A DNA stretch of 64,000 bases. It comes from Macrostomum lignano. Its lineage: Eukaryota. The DNA is taken from positions 372,001 to 436,000 of the forward strand of contig NIVC01000738.1 of NCBI GenBank assembly GCA_002269645.1, given 5' to 3'. Shown here piece after piece: positions 22,301-37,900 of the stretch. Made by a program: the position numbers and the translations under genes. How positions within the stretch are numbered: the stretch's first letter is position 1; each line of letters opens with the position of its first letter. The notes below the pieces were generated by a model. The model made no database searches, was not told the origin of the DNA, and saw only the letters and a program-made list of their open reading frames with translations.

Positions 22301-25300
22301 GATTACTGCACTCGATAAGCTAAGGATTATTGCTCTTGGCAAACCAAGGAATACTGCACTCGATAAGCCAAGGATTATTGCTCTTGGCAAACCAAGGATT
22401 ACTGCACTCGATAAGCCATGGATTATTGCTATTAATAAACCAAGGATTACTGCACTCGATAAGCCAAGGATTATTGCTATTAATAAACCATGAATTACTG
22501 CACTCGATAAGCCAAGGATTATTGCTATTAATAAACCAAGGATTACTGCACTCATAAGCCATGGATTATTGCTATTAATAAACCAAGGATTACTGCACTC
22601 GATAAGCCAAGGATTATTGCTATTAATAAACCAAGGATTACTGCACTCGATAAGCCATGGATTATTGCTATTAATAAACCAAGGATTACTGCACTCGATA
22701 AGCCAAGGACTATTGCTATTAATAAACCAAGGATTACTGCACTCAATAAACCAAGGACTATTGCTCTTGGCAAACCAAGGATTACTGCACTCGATAAGCC
22801 AAGGACTATTGCTCTTGGCAAACCAAGGATTACTGCACTCGATAAGCCATGGATTATTGCTATTAATAAACCAAGGATTACTGCACTCGATAAGCCAAGG
22901 ATTATTGCTATTAATAAACTAAGGATTACTGCACTCGATAAACCAAGGATTATTGCTATTAATAAACCAAGGATTATGCACTTGGCAAACCAAGGATTAC
23001 TGCAATCGATAAGCCAAGGATTATTGCTATTAATAAACCAAGGATTACTGCACTCGATAAGCCAAGGATTATTGCTATTAATAAACCATGAATTACTGCA
23101 CTCGATAAGCCAAGGATTATTGCTATTAATAAACCAAGGATTACTGCACTCATAAGCCATGGATTATTGCTATTAATAAACCAAGGATTACTGCACTCGA
23201 TAAGCCAAGGATTATTGCTATTAATAAACCAAGGATTACTGCACTCGATAAGCCATGGATTATTGCTATTAATAAACCAAGGATTACTGCACTCGATAAG
23301 CCAAGGACTATTGCTCTTGGCAAACCAAGGATTACTGCACTCGATAAGCCAAGGACTATTGCTCTTGGCAAACCAAGGATTACTGCACTCGATAAGCCAA
23401 GGACTATTGCTCTTGGCAAACCAAGGATTACTGCACTCGATAAGCCATGGATTATTGCTATTAATAAACCAAGGATTACTGCACTCGATAAGCCAAGGAT
23501 TATTGCTATTAATAAACTAAGGATTACTGCACTCGATAAACCAAGGATTATTGCTATTAATAAACCAAGGATTATGCACTTGGCAAACCAAGGATTACTG
23601 CAATCGATAAGCCAAGGATTATTGCTATTAATAAACCAAGCATTACTGCACTCAATAAACCAAGGACTATTGCTATTAATAAACCAAGGATTACTGCACT
23701 CAAAAAACCAAGGACTATTGCTCTTGGCAAACCAAGGATTACTGCACTCGATAAGCCAAGGATTATTGCTATTAATAAACCAAGGATTACTGCACTCGAT
23801 AAGCCATGGATTATTGCTATTAATAAACCAAGGATTACTGCACTCGATAAGCCAAGGACTATTGCTATTAATAAACCAAGGATTACTGCACTCAATAAAC
23901 CAAGGACTATTGCTCTTGGCAAACCAAGGATTACTGCACTCGATAAGCCAAGGACTATTGCTCTTGGCAAACCAAGGATTACTGCACTCGATAAGCCAAG
24001 GACTATTGCTCTTGGCAAACCAAGGATTACTGCACTCGATAAGCCATGGATTATTGCTATTAATAAACCAAGGATTACTGCACTCGATAAGCCAAGGATT
24101 ATTGCTATTAATAAACTAAGGATTACTGCACTCGATAAACCAAGGATTATTGCTATTAATAAACCAAGGATTATGCACTTGGCAAACCAAGGATTACTGC
24201 AATCGATAAGCCAAGGATTATTGCTATTAATAAACCAAGCATTACTGCACTCAATAAACCAAGGACTATTGCTATTAATAAACCAAGGATTACTGCACTC
24301 AAAAACCAAGGACTATTGCTCTTGGCAAACCAAGGATTACTGCACTCGATAAGCCAAGGATTATTGCTATTAATAAACCAAGGATTACTGCACTCGATAA
24401 GCCATGGATTATTGCTATTAATAAACCAAGGATTACTGCACTCGATAAGCCAAGGACTATTGCTATTAATAAACCAAGGATTACTGCACTCAATAAACCA
24501 AGGACTATTGCTCTTGGCAAACCAAGGATTACTGCACTCGATAAGCCAAGGACTATTGCTCTTGGCAAACCAAGGATTACTGCACTCGATGAGCCATGGA
24601 TTATTGCTATTAATAAACCAAGGATTACTGCACTCGATAAGCCAAGGATTATTGCTATTAATAAACTAAGGATTACTGCACTCGATAAACCAAGGATTAT
24701 TGCTATTAATAAACCAAGGATTATGCACTTGGCAAACCAAGGATTACTGCAATCGATAAGCCAAGGATTATTGCTATTAATAAACCAAGCATTACTGCAC
24801 TCAATAAACCAAGGACTATTGCTATTAATAAACCAAGGATTACTGCACTCAAAAAACCAAGGACTATTGCTCTTGGCAAACCAAGGATTACTGCACTCGA
24901 TAAGCCAAGGATTATTGCTATTAATAAACCAAGGATTACTGCACTCGATAAGCCAAGGATTATTGCTATTAATAAACCAAGGATTACTGCACTCGATAAG
25001 CCAAGGATTATTGCTATTAATAAACCAAGGATTACTGCACTCGATAAACCAAGGATTATTGCTATTAATAAACCAAGGATTATGCACTTGGCAAACCAAG
25101 GATTACTGCACTCGATAAGCCAAGGATTATTGCTATTAATAAACCAAGGATTACTGCACTCGATAAGGCATGGATTATTGCTATTAATAAACCAAGGATT
25201 ACTGCACTCGATAAGCCAAGGATTATTGCTATTAATAAACCATGAATTACTGCACTCGATAAGCCAAGGATTATTGCTATTAATAAACCAAGGATTACTG

Positions 25301-25380
25301 CACTCGATAAGCCATGGATTATTGCTATTAATAAACCAAGGATTACTGCACTCGATAGCCAAGGATTACTGCGCTTGATA
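22301..25380. repeat. Satellite A (24-bp variants such as CAAGGATTACTGCACTCGATAAGC and CAAGGATTATTGCTATTAATAAAC)
   Basis: Direct tandem array with alternating monomer types. Confidence 0.97.
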
Positions 25381-25409
25381 AGCTTGGCTACATGTATAGG
25401 ATTATTTCT

Positions 25410-25600
25410 ATCCAGGGATGCTTGCTATTTAGGGATTCTTGCTATGTGCAGGATGCTTGCTATCTGGAAGGATGCTTCTACATTATTTGGGGTATGCTTG
25501 CTATCTGCAAGATGCTTGCTATCTGCAGATGCTTGCTATCTGGGTGGATGCTTGCTAGGAGTATTAGGGGATGCTTGCTACTGGGGGATGCTTGCTGTCT
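25410..25600. repeat. Minisatellite B (GATGCTTGCTATCTG core)
   Basis: Imperfect tandem copies; the same family occurs at ~40020, 48705 and 52500. Confidence 0.85.
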
Positions 25601-25755
25601 TGGGAATATTTTCTATTTAGGGGTAATGACTAAAATTCATGAGAGCTAGCCTAGAGGTAAACAGACTAAACTGCTAAATGCAGGGACGATGGTTCGAATT
25701 TTTAGAGAGTAGAGTTTTTTTAATTAAAGCCTTTTAACGCCAAGACAAAAAAAAT

Positions 25756-26680
25756 TATGGAAGCGTCATGTAAACAATCATACAAGCGTCATGTAAACAA
25801 TCATAGAAGCGTCATGTAAACAATCATAGAAGCGTCATGTAAAAATCATAGAAGCGTCATGTAAAAATCATAGAAGCGTAATGTAAACAATCATAGAAGC
25901 GTCATGTTAAAATCATAAAAGCGTCATGTAAACAATCATACAAGCGTCATGTAAACAATCATAGAAGCGTCATGTAAAAAAATCATAGAAGCGTCATGTT
26001 AAAATCATAAAAGCGTCATAAAAAATCATAGAAGCGTCATGCAAGCAATCATAGAAGCGTAATGTAAACAATCATAGAAGCGTCATGTTAAAATCATACA
26101 AGCGTCATGTAAACAATCATACAAGCGTCATGTAAACAATCATAGAAGCGTCATGTAAAAAAATCATAGAAGCGTCATGTTAAAATCATAGAAGCGTCAT
26201 GTAAACAATCATAGAAGCGTCATGTAAACAATCATAGAAGCGTCATGTAAAAATCATAAAAGCGTCATGTAAACAATCATAGAAGCGTCATGTAAACAAT
26301 CATAAAAGCGTCATGTAAACAATCATAGAAGCGCCATGTAAAAAATCATAGAAGCGTCATGTAAACAATCATAGAAGCGTCATGTATACAATCATAGAAG
26401 CGTCATGTAAGCAATCATAGAAGCGTCATGTAAAAATCATAGAAGCGTCATGTAAAAATCATAGAAGCGTCATGTAAAAATCATAGAAGCGTCATGTAAA
26501 AAATCATAGAAGCGTCATGTAAAAATCATAAAAGCGTCATGTAAAAAATCATAGAAGCGCCATGTAAACAATCATACAAGCGTCATGTAAACAATCATAG
26601 AAGCGTCATGTAAAAATCATACAAGCGTCATGTAAACAAGCATAGAAGCGTCATGAAAAAATTATAGAAGCCTCATATAA
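25756..26680. repeat. Satellite C (~23 bp, AATCATAGAAGCGTCATGTAAAC)
   Basis: Tandem array. Confidence 0.95.
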
Positions 26681-27619
26681 AAACTAATGAAAGTGTGTCA
26701 TTTAAAAAATTAAGAAGCATCATGGAAGAATAAAAGAAGCGTAACGTAAAAATCAAAAGAAACGTCATGTCAGACATGAAAGAAATGTCATATAAAAATT
26801 AAATGAAGCTATAGTACAGTGCTGTGCTGGGGAGAATTACTGAGACGTCAAGGCTCACAGAGAATAACTGAGATTACAGGGGGGTTTCTGAGATGTTAAA
26901 GCAAAAGTCAGAAGCTACTTCAAAGTACATGTACTTTACTTAAGTTTTTTATTGCATTCTTTGTTGGCTTGCCACGGTGGGGGGGGCGCTGATAGAAGAA
27001 GAGTCATGTAAAAATAAAAGGAGCACTATGTATACATAAAATAAAAGTCATGTCAAAGTTAAAAGATTCATTTGGGAATTGCTACGATGTCAAAGCTTGG
27101 AGGGAATCGTTATAGTGCTGTGATTCTTAAAGAAGGAATCACTTAAATGCCAAGGCTTAGGGAAGAAGAATTGCTGTGATTTCAAGGCTTTAGGTTGGGT
27201 GAAAGTTAGGTTTACGTCAGGTTTGGGTTGAGGGTTAGATTTTAGCGCGTTTCAAGGTTAACAGGGGATTTTTTAGATTTCAAGGTTTATGGGGGCATCG
27301 CTGACATGTCAAGGCTTACGAGGGGAATCTATCTATCTATCTATAGCTGAGATGTCAAGGCTCACGGGGAATAAATGAGATGTCAAGGCTAATGTCAGAA
27401 GCTACATGTAGTTTATTGGAAAAAAGTTATTACATTATTTGTTGGCTCCTCACGGGAGGGATCGCTGATAGAAAAAGCGTAATGTAAAAAAAAGAAGCTT
27501 CATGTCAAAGTTAAGAGATTCATTTGGGAATCCCTACGATGTCGAGGCTTGCAGGGAATCGCTATAATGCTGTAGTAGTGCTATAGACTCTTAGAGAGAA
27601 TTACTGAAATTTCAATGCT

Positions 27620-27653
27620 TTAGGGTTAGGGTTAGGGTTAGGGTTAGGGTTAG
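27620..27653 (+). repeat. Interstitial (TTAGGG)n tract inside the Helitron; homologous tracts at 34072-34132 and 46415-46448
   Basis: At least five tandem TTAGGG in the same flanking context (atttcaatgct...agacag) in three units. Confidence 0.9.
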
Positions 27654-28232
27654 AAAATAGACAGATTTTTTAAGATTTCAAGGCTTGTGGGAGCATTGCT
27701 GAGATGTCAAGGGGGGAGTTGATATGTTAAGGCTTGTGGGGGGGATTGCTGACATGTCAAGGCTTACAAGGGTACTGGTAGCGTACTGAAGCATACTGGT
27801 AGAAGTAGCTCTGAAAGAAGGCAAGTATGGTTGAATTTCAATGTCTGTTATAAAATTCTGCACAAACATGTTTTATTGGTACATAAGCCTGGAATTAAAA
27901 TGAGAATTCGATTCCTAGCCCCCTCCCTAAGAATTTTTTTTCATTTAAAAGGATTCGTCCCTTGCTTATTGGCCACCCGAAGGCCATTTTTTATCAAAAA
28001 TGATAAAAATAATTTTTATCAAACACGTTGACATATACAGGGCTCTAAACTAAAAACTGTAAAAAGTTGATAGTTTTGTTTTACCTAAAATGCGTTATTA
28101 ACGATCTCCAAAAATTCCTATTTTAAGCTTAAGCTTAAGAAAAACACTTAAAGTACTCCTGCTAAAAGGTATATTATATTAGACGAATATTAATTATTTC
28201 TGCTCCCCGAAGGGGGGCAAAACTTTAGCTAG

Positions 28233-31200
28233 TCTAAATATACTAAATCTCTAATTCCTATATACTAAAAATGTGATGTCTATATATATGTGATAGATTA
28301 GAGAAAAAATGGCTGGACCGATTTTGTTCGAACTTGCACTGTTCGATCAGAAATTTTCCCGTGACTGTACATGCGTCGTGGCTAAGAAATTGTTCCATGC
28401 TAAAGGCATTAAATATTCGAAAAACATGCTTTTTTGCAAAGGTCAAGCAGCTCTTTCGACTTGAAATGCATTGTAAGAATGCTAGAGAAAAAACTGACTG
28501 GTTGAATTCTGACTCTGAAATAGATTGCATCATAACTGAATTGTAACTCCGACTTGAATTGAAAATGCAGTGTGGAAGCGTAGCACCAGACTTGATTTAA
28601 ATTGCGTAACCATATTGTTAACTGATACTGACTGACTGAGAAACTGATTATGTCATAACTGCTTCGTGTGATTTACTCTATGCTTGGATTTTAAAGTGTT
28701 GAATTATATAAGTGCAAAATTTGATGTTATCAAAACGATGAGAGCTAGCCTAGAGGTGAACAAACTGAACTGCTAAATGCAGCGACGATGGTTCGAATTT
28801 TCATAGAGTATAATTTTTTTAATTTAAGCTTTTCAACGTCAGGAAAACTAAAAGACTTTTTAAAAAGAATCGTCATGTAAAAATCGTAGAAGCGTCGTGT
28901 AAACAATCAGAGAAGCGTCATGTAAAAATCGTAGAAGCGTCATGTAAACAATCATAGAAGCGTCATGTAAAGAATCGTAGAAGCGTCATGTAAACAATCA
29001 TAGAAGCGTCATGTAAAAAATCATAGTAGCGTCATGTAAAGAATCATAGAAGCGTCATGTAAACAATCATAGAAGCGTCATTTAAAAAATCATAGAAGCG
29101 TCATGTAAAAAATCATAGAAGCGTCATGTAAACAATCATAGAAGCGACATGTAAAAAATCGTAGAAGCGTCATGTAAAAAATCATAGAAGCGTCATGTAA
29201 AAAATCATAGAAGCGTCATGTAAACAATCATAGAAGCGTCATGTAAAAATCATAGAAGCGCATGTAAAAAATCATAGAAGCGTCATGTAAAAATCATAGA
29301 AGCGTCATGTAAACAATCATAGAAGCGTCATTTAAAAATCATAGAAGCGTCATGTAAGCAATCATAGAAGCGTCATGTAAAAATCATAAAAGCGTCATGT
29401 AAACAATCATAGAAGCGTCATGTAAAAATCGTAGCAGCGTCATGAAAAAATCATAGAAGCGTCATGTAAGCAATCATAGAAGCGTCATGTAAACAATCAT
29501 AGAAGCGTCATGTAAACAATCAAGAAGCGTCATGTAAAAATCATAGAAGCGTCATGTAAACAATCATAGAAGCGTCATGTAAACAATCATAGAAGCGCAT
29601 ATAAAAATCATAGAAGCGTCATGTAAAAATCATAGAAGCGTCATGTAAAAAATCATAGAAGCGCATGTAAAAAATCATAGAAGCGTCATTTAAAAAACAT
29701 AGAAGCGTCATGTAAAAATCATAAAAGCGTCATGTAAACAATCATAGAAGCGTCATGTAAAAATCGTAGCAGCGTCATGAAAAAATCATAGAAGCGTCAT
29801 GTAAACAATCATAGAAGCGTCATGTAAACAATCATAGAAGCGTCATGTAAACAATCATAGAAGCGTCATGTAAACAATCATAGAAGCGTCATGTAAAAAA
29901 TCATAGAAGCGTCATGTAAGCAATCATAGAAGCGTCATGTAAACAATCATAGAAGCGTCATGTAAACAATCATAGAAGCGTCATGTAAAAAATCATAGAA
30001 GCGTCATGTAAACAATCATAGAAGCGTCATGTAAACAATCATAGAAGCGTCATGTAAAAAATCATAGAAGCGTCATGTAAAAAATCATAGAAGCGTCATG
30101 TAAACAATCATAGAAGCGTCATGTAAAAAATCATAGAAGCGCCATGTAAAAATCATAGAAGCGTCATTAAAAAACATAGAAGCGTCATGTAAAAATCATA
30201 AAGCGTCATGTAAACAATCATAGAAGCGTCATGTAAAAATCATAGAGCGTCATGAAAAAATCATAGAAGCGTCATGTAACAATCATAGAAGCGTCATGTA
30301 AACAATCATAGAAGCGTCATGTAAACAATCATAGAAGCGTCATGTAAAAATCGTAGAAGCGTCATGTAAAAAATCATAGAAGCGTCATGTAAACAATCAT
30401 AGAAGCGTCATGTAAACAATCATAGAAGCGTCATGTAAACAATCATAGAAGCGTCATGTAAAAAATCATAGAAGCGTCATGTAAACAATCATAGAAGCGT
30501 CATGTAAACAATCAAGAAGCGTCATGTAAAAAATCATAGAAGCGTCATGTAAACAATCATAGAAGCGTCATGTAAACAATCATAGAAGCGTCATGTAAAA
30601 AATCATAGAAGCGTCATGTAAAAAATCATAGAAGCGTCATGTAAAAATCATAGAAGCGTCATTAAAAATCATAGAAGCGTCATGTAAAAATCATAAAGCG
30701 TCATGTAAACAATCATAGAAGCGTCATGTAAAAATCGTAGAAGCGTCATGAAAAAATCATAGAAGCGTCATGTAAGCAATCATAGAAGCGTCATGTAAAC
30801 AATCATAGAAGCGTCATGTAAACAATCATAGAAGCGTCATGTAAAAATCATAGAAGCGTCATGTAAAAAATCATAGAAGCGTCATGTAAACAATCATAGA
30901 AGCGTCATGTAAACAATCATAGAAGCGTCATGTAAACAATCATAGAAGCGTCATGTAAAAAATCATAGAAGCGTCATGTAAAAAATCATAGAAGCGTCAT
31001 GTAAACAATCATAGAAGCGTCATGTAAAAATCATAGAAGCGTCATGTAAAAAATCATAGAAGCGTCATTAAAAAATCATAGAAGCGTCATGTAAAAATCA
31101 TAGAAGCGTCATGTAAACAATCATAGAAGCGTCATGTAAAAATCATAGAAGCGTCATGAAAAATCATAGAAGCGTCATGTAAAAATCATAGAAGCGTCAT

Positions 31201-34200
31201 GTAAACAATCATAGAAGCGTCATGTAAACAATCATAGAAGCGTCATGTAACAATCATAGAAGCGTCATGTAAACAATCATAGAAGCGTCATGTAAACAAT
31301 CATAGAAGCGTCATGTAAAAAATCATAGAAGCGTCATGTAAAATCATAGAAGCGTCATGTAAACAATCATAGAAGCGTCATGTAAAAATCATAGAAGCGT
31401 CATGTAAAAAATCATAGAAGCGTCATGTAAACAATCATAGAAGCGTCATGTAAAAATCATAGAAGCGTCATTAAAAAATCATAGAAGCGTCATTAAAAAT
31501 CATAAAGCGTCATGTAAAAATCATAAAGCGTCATGTAAACAATCATAGAAGCGTCATGTAAAAATCATAGAAGCGTCATTAAAAATCATAGAAGCGTCAT
31601 GTAAACAATCATAGAAGCGTCATGTAAACAATCATAGAAGCGTCATGTAAAAAATCATAGAAGCGTCATTAAAAAATCATAGAAGCGTCATGTAAACAAT
31701 CATAGAAGCGTCATGTAAAAATCATAGAAGCGTCATGTAAAAATCATAGAAGCGTCATTAAAAATCATAGAAGCGTCATGTAAAAATCATAGAAGCGTCA
31801 TGTAAACAATCATAGAAGCGTCATGTAAAAATCATAGAAGCGTCATGAAAAAATCATAGAAGCGTCATGTAAAATCATAGAAGCGTCATGTAAACAATCA
31901 TAGAAGCGTCATGTAAACAATCATAGAAGCGTCATGTAAAAATCATAGAAGCGTCATGTAAAAATCATAGAAGCGTCATGTAAACAATCATAGAAGCGTC
32001 ATGTAAAAATCATAGAAGCGTCATTAAAAATCATAGAAGCGTCATGTAAACAATCATAGAAGCGTCATGTAAAAATCATAGAAGCGTCATGTAAACAATC
32101 ATAGAAGCGTCATGTAAAAATCATAGCGTCATGTAAAAAATCATAGAAGCGTCATGTAAAAATCATAGAAGCGTCATGTAAAAAATAGAAGCGTCATGTA
32201 AACAATCAAGAAGCGTCATGTAAAAAATCATAGAAGCGTCATGTAAACAATCATAGAAGCGTCATGTAAACAATCATAGAAGCGTCATGTAAAAAATCAT
32301 AGAAGCGTCATGTAAAAAATCATAGAAGCGTCATGTAAACAATCATAGAAGCGTCATGTAAAAAATCATAGAAGCGTCATGTAAAAAATCATAGAAGCGT
32401 CATTAAAAATCATAGAAGCGTCATGTAAAAATCATAAAGCGTCATGTAAACAATCATAGAAGCGTCATGTAAAAATCATAGAAGCGTCATGAAAAATCAT
32501 AGAAGCGTCATGTAAGCAATCATAGAAGCGTCATGTAAACAATCATAGAAGCGTCATGTAAACAATCATAGAAGCGTCATGTAAAAATCATAAAAGCGTC
32601 ATGTAAACAATCATAGAAGCGTCATGTAAACAATCATAGAAGCGTCATGTAAACAATCATAGAAGCGTCATGTAAACAATCATAGAAGCGTCATGTAAAA
32701 AATCATAGAAGCGTCATGTAAAAATCATAGAAGCGTCATGTAAACAATCATAGAAGCGTCATGTAAAAATCATAGAAGCGTCATGTAAAAAATCATAGAA
32801 GCGTCATGTAAAAAATCATAGAAGCGTCATGTAAACAATCAAAGAAGCGTCATGTAAAAATCATAGAAGCGTCATTTAAAAATCATAGAAGCGTCATTAA
32901 AAAATCATAAAGCGTCATGTAAAAATCATAAAGCGTCATGTAAACAATCATAGAAGCGTCATGTAAAAATCATAGAAGCGTCATTAAAAAATCATAGAAG
33001 CGTCATGTAAACAATCATAGAAGCGTCATGTAAACAATCATAGAAGCGCCATGTAAAAAATCATAGAAGCGTCATTAAAAATCATAGAAGCGTCATGTAA
33101 ACAATCATAGAAGCGTCATGTAAAAAATCATAGAAGCGCATGTAAAAAATCATAGAAGCGTCATTAAAATCATAGAAGCGTCATGTAAACAATCATAAAG
33201 CGTCATGTAAACAATCATAGAAGCGTCATGTAAAAATCGTAGAAGCGTCATGAAAAATCATAGAAGCGTCATGTAACAATCATAGAAGCGTCATGTAAAC
33301 AATCATAGAAGCGTCATGTAAACAATCATAGAAGCGTCATGTAAAAAATCATAGAAGCGTCATGTAAACAATCATAGAAGCGTCATGTAAACAATCATAG
33401 AAGCGCATGTAAAAATCGTAGAAGCGTTATATAAAAATCATAGAAGCGTCATTAAAAAATCATAGAAGCGTCATGTAAACAATCATAGAAGCGTCATGTA
33501 AAAAATCATAGAAGCGTCATGTAAAAAATCATAGAAGCGTCATGTAAAAAATCATAGAAGCGTCATGTAAAAAGTCATAGAAGCGTCATGTAAAAGTCAT
33601 TGAAGCGTCATGAAAAAATCATAGAAGCCTCATTTAAAAAGTAATGAAAGTGTCATTTAAAATATTAAGAAGCATCATGGTAGAATAAAAGAAGCGTCAT
33701 GTCAGACATGAAGGGTGTGATGTAAAAATTAAATGAAGCTATAATGCTGTGCTGGGGAGAATTACTGAGACGTCAAGGCTCTCAGAGAATAACTGAGATT
33801 ACGGGGGGGGTTTCTGAGATGTCAAAGCAAAAGTCAGAGGCTACTTCAAAGTTCATGTACTTTACTCAATTTTTTATTGCATTCTTTGTTGGCTCGCCAC
33901 GGGGGGGGGCGCTGATATAAAAAGCGTAATGTAAAAAATAAAAGAAGCTTCATGTCGAAGTTAAGAGATTCATTTGGGAATCCCTACGATGTCGAGGCTT
34001 GCAGGGAATCGCTATAATGCTGTAGTAGTGCTATAATGACTCTCAGAATGAATTACTGAAATTTCAATGCTTTAGGGTTAGGTTAGGGTTAGGGTTAGGG
34101 TAGGGTTAGGGTTAGGCTAGGGTTAGGGTTAGAAGGTTGACAGATATTTTTAGATTTTCAAGGCTTATTGGGGGCATTGCTGAGATGTCAAGGGGGGAAG

Positions 34201-34354
34201 TTGATGTGTTAAAGCTTGTGGGGGGGAATTATTGACATGTCAAGGCTTACAAGGTTTGACAGGAGATTTTTTAAGATTTCAAGGATATATGTAGCTTATT
34301 AAAAAACGTGTATTGCATTTCTTTGGCTCCCCAACGGGGGGCGTAGATTGCTAG
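28233..34354 (+). mobile_element. Non-autonomous Helitron unit 2
   Basis: CTAG|TCTAAATATACTAAA junction; 3' CCCCAACGGGGGGCGTAGATTGCTAG. Confidence 0.85.
28870..33630. repeat. Satellite C, ~4.8-kb array
   Basis: Tandem ~23-bp monomers. Confidence 0.97.
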
Positions 34355-34997
34355 TCCATATACTAAAAATGAAAATCTTGCTTGCTTGCTTGTACGAAAT
34401 CGATTTTCTCCTGAATGGCTGGACCGATTTTCTTCGAACTTGCACTGTTCGATCAGAAATTTTTCCGTGACGGTACATGCATCTTGGCTAAGAAATTGCT
34501 CAATGTTAAAGGGATTAAATATTCGAAAAACATGCTTTTTTGCAAAGGTCAAGCATTGAAATGCATTGTAAGAATGCTAGCAGAAAAACTGACTGGTTGA
34601 ATTCTGATTCTAAAATAGATTGCATCACAATACACAAGACACTCAATTGAATTGCGTCACAGCGTTGAGTGTGAAAGCATAGCACAGTACTCAATTTATA
34701 TTGCGTAACCATATTGTTAACTTTTATAGAGACTGGTACTGACTTGCCTAAGAAATTGATTATGTCATAACTCCTAACTGCTTCGTGACTTTTTACTCTA
34801 CCTGACTTTGTGTGAGTGTTGAACTATTTAAGTGGTACAAATTCACTGATAACTTCGATGAGAGCTAGCCTAGAGCTGAACAGACCAGACTGCTAATGCA
34901 GCAACCTGGGTTCGAATCTAAGTGTATGATTGGTAGATTAGTGTCTGAAAAGTAGTAGTGTAAATTTTTTTATGAAAAGCTAAATAAAAACACTTAG

Positions 34998-37900
34998 ATT
35001 ACTGCACTCCATAAGACAAGGATTATTGCTATTAATAAACCAAGGATTACTGCACTCAATAAGCCAAGGATTATTGCTATTAATAAACCAAGTATTAATG
35101 CACTTGATTAATCAAGGATTATTGCTATTAATAAACCAACGATTACTGCACTCGATAAACCAAGGACTATTGCTCTTGGCAAACCAAGGATTACTGCACT
35201 CAAGAAGTCAAGGATTATTGCTATTAATAAAACAAGGATTAATGCACTTGATTAATCAAGGATTATTGCTATTAATAAACCAAGGATTACTGCACTCGAT
35301 AAACCAAGGACTATTGCTCCTGGCAAACCAAGGATTACTGCACTCAATAAGCCAAGGATTATTGCTATTAATAAACCAAGGATTAATGCACTTGATTAAT
35401 CAAGGATTATTGCTATTAATAAACCAAGGATTACTGCACTCGATAAGACAAGGATTATTGCTATTAATAAACCAAGGATTACTGCACTTGGCAAACCAAG
35501 GATTACTGCACTCGATAAGCCAAGGATTATTGCTATTAATAAACCAAGGATTACTGCACTTAATAAACCAAGGACTATTGCTCTTGGCAAACCAACGATT
35601 ACTGCACTCGATAATTGCCAAGAATTATTGCTATTAATAAACCAAGGATTACTGCACTCGATAAGCCAAGGATTATTGCTATTAATAAACCAAGGATTAC
35701 TGTACTTGGCAAACCAAGGATTACTGCACTCGATAAGCCAAGGATTATTGCTATTAATAAACCAAGGATTACTGCACTCAAGAAGACAAGGATTATTGCT
35801 ATTAATAAAACAAGGATTAATGCACTTGATTAATCAAGGATTATTGCTATTAATAAACCAAGGATTACTGCACTCGATAAACCAAGGACTATTGCTCCTG
35901 GCAAACCAAGGATTACTGCACTCAATAAGCCAAGGATTATTGCTATTAATAAACCAACGATTACTGCACTCGATAAGCCAAGGATTATTGCTATTAATAA
36001 ACCAAGGATTACTGCACTCGATAAGCCAAGGATTATTGCTATTAATAAACCGAGGATTACTGCACTTGGCAAACCAAGGATTACTGCACTCGATAAGCCA
36101 AGGATTATTGCTATTAATAAACCAAGGATTACTGCACTCGATAAGCCAAGGATTATTGCTATTAATAAACCAAGGATTACTGCACTTGGCAAACCAAGGA
36201 TTACTGCACTCGATAAGCCAAGGATTATTGCTATTAATAAACCAAGGATTACTGCACTTGGCAAACCAAGGATTACTGCACTTGGCAAACCAAGGATTAC
36301 TGCACTCGATAAGCCAAGGACTATTGCTATTAATAAACCAAGGATTACTGCACTTGATTTATCAAGGATTATTGCTATTAATAAACCAAGGATTACTGCA
36401 CTCAATAAGCCAAGGATTATTGCTATTAATAAACCAAGGATTACTGCACTCAATAAGCCAAGGATTATTGCTATTAATAAACCAAGGATTAATGCACTTG
36501 GTTAATCAAGGATTATTGCTATTAATAAACCAAGGATTACTGCACTCGATAAAACAAGGACTATTGCTCCTGGCAAACCAAGGATTACTGCACTTAATAA
36601 GCCAAGGATTATTGCTATTAATAAACAAAGGATTACTGCACTCAAGAAGCCAAGGATTATTGCTATTAATAAACCAAGGATTAATGCACTTTATTAATCA
36701 AGGATTATTGCTAATAATAAACCAAGGATTACTGCACTCGATAAGCCAAGGATTATTGCTATTAATAAACCAAGGATTACTGCACTTGGCAAACCAAGGA
36801 TTACTGCACTCGATAAGCCAAGGATTATTGCTATTAATAAACCAAGGATTACTGCACTTGGCAAACCAAGGATTACTGTACTCGATAAGCCAAGGACTAT
36901 TGCTATTAATAAACCAAGGATTACTGCACTTGATTTATCAAGGATTATTGCTATTAATAAACCAAGGATTACTGCACTCAATAAGCCAAGGATTATTGCT
37001 ATTAATAAACCAAGGATTACTGCACTCAATAAGCCAAGGATTATTGCTATTAATAAACCAAGGATTAATGCACTTGGTTAATCAAGGATTATTGCTATTA
37101 ATAAACCAAGGATTACTGCACTCGATAAAACAAGGACTATTGCTCCTGGCAAACCAAGGATTACTGCACTCAATAAGCCAAGGATTATTGCTAATAATAA
37201 AGCAAGGATTAATGCACTTTATTAAACAAGGATTATTGCTAATAATAAACCAAGGATTACTGCACTCGATAAGCCAAGGATTATTGCTATTAATAAACCA
37301 AGGATTACTGCACTTGGCAAACCAAGGATTACGGCACTCGATAAGCCAAGGATTATTGCTATTAATAAACCAAGGATTACTGCACTTGGCAAACCAAGGA
37401 TTACTGTACTCGATAAGCCAAGGACTATTGCTATTAATAAACCAAGGATTACTGCACTTGATTTATCAAGGATTATTGCTATTATTAAACCAAGAATTAC
37501 TGCACTTGATTTATCAAGGATTATTGCTATTAATAAACCAAGGATTACTGCCCTCGATAAGCCAAGGACTATTGCTATTAATAAACCAAGGATTAATGCA
37601 CTCGATAAGCCAAGGACTATTGCTATTAATAAACCAAGGATTAATGCAACCCTAACCAAGGATTACTGCACTCGATAAGCCAAGGATTATTGCTATTAAT
37701 AAACCAAGGATTACTGCACTTGGCAAACCAAGGATTACTGCACTCGATAAGCCAAGGATTATTGCTATTAATAAACCAAGGATTACTGCACTTGGCAAAC
37801 CAAGGATTACTGCACTCGATAAGCCAAGGACTATTGCTATTAATAAACCAAGGATTACTGCACTTGATTTATCAAGGATTATTGCTATTAATAAACCAAG

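Larger units (their letters stand above)
21629..28232 (+). mobile_element. Non-autonomous Helitron unit 1
   Basis: 5' TC(TTC)TAATATACTAAAAATG after target A; 3' CCCCGAAGGGGGG hairpin and CTAG. Confidence 0.85.
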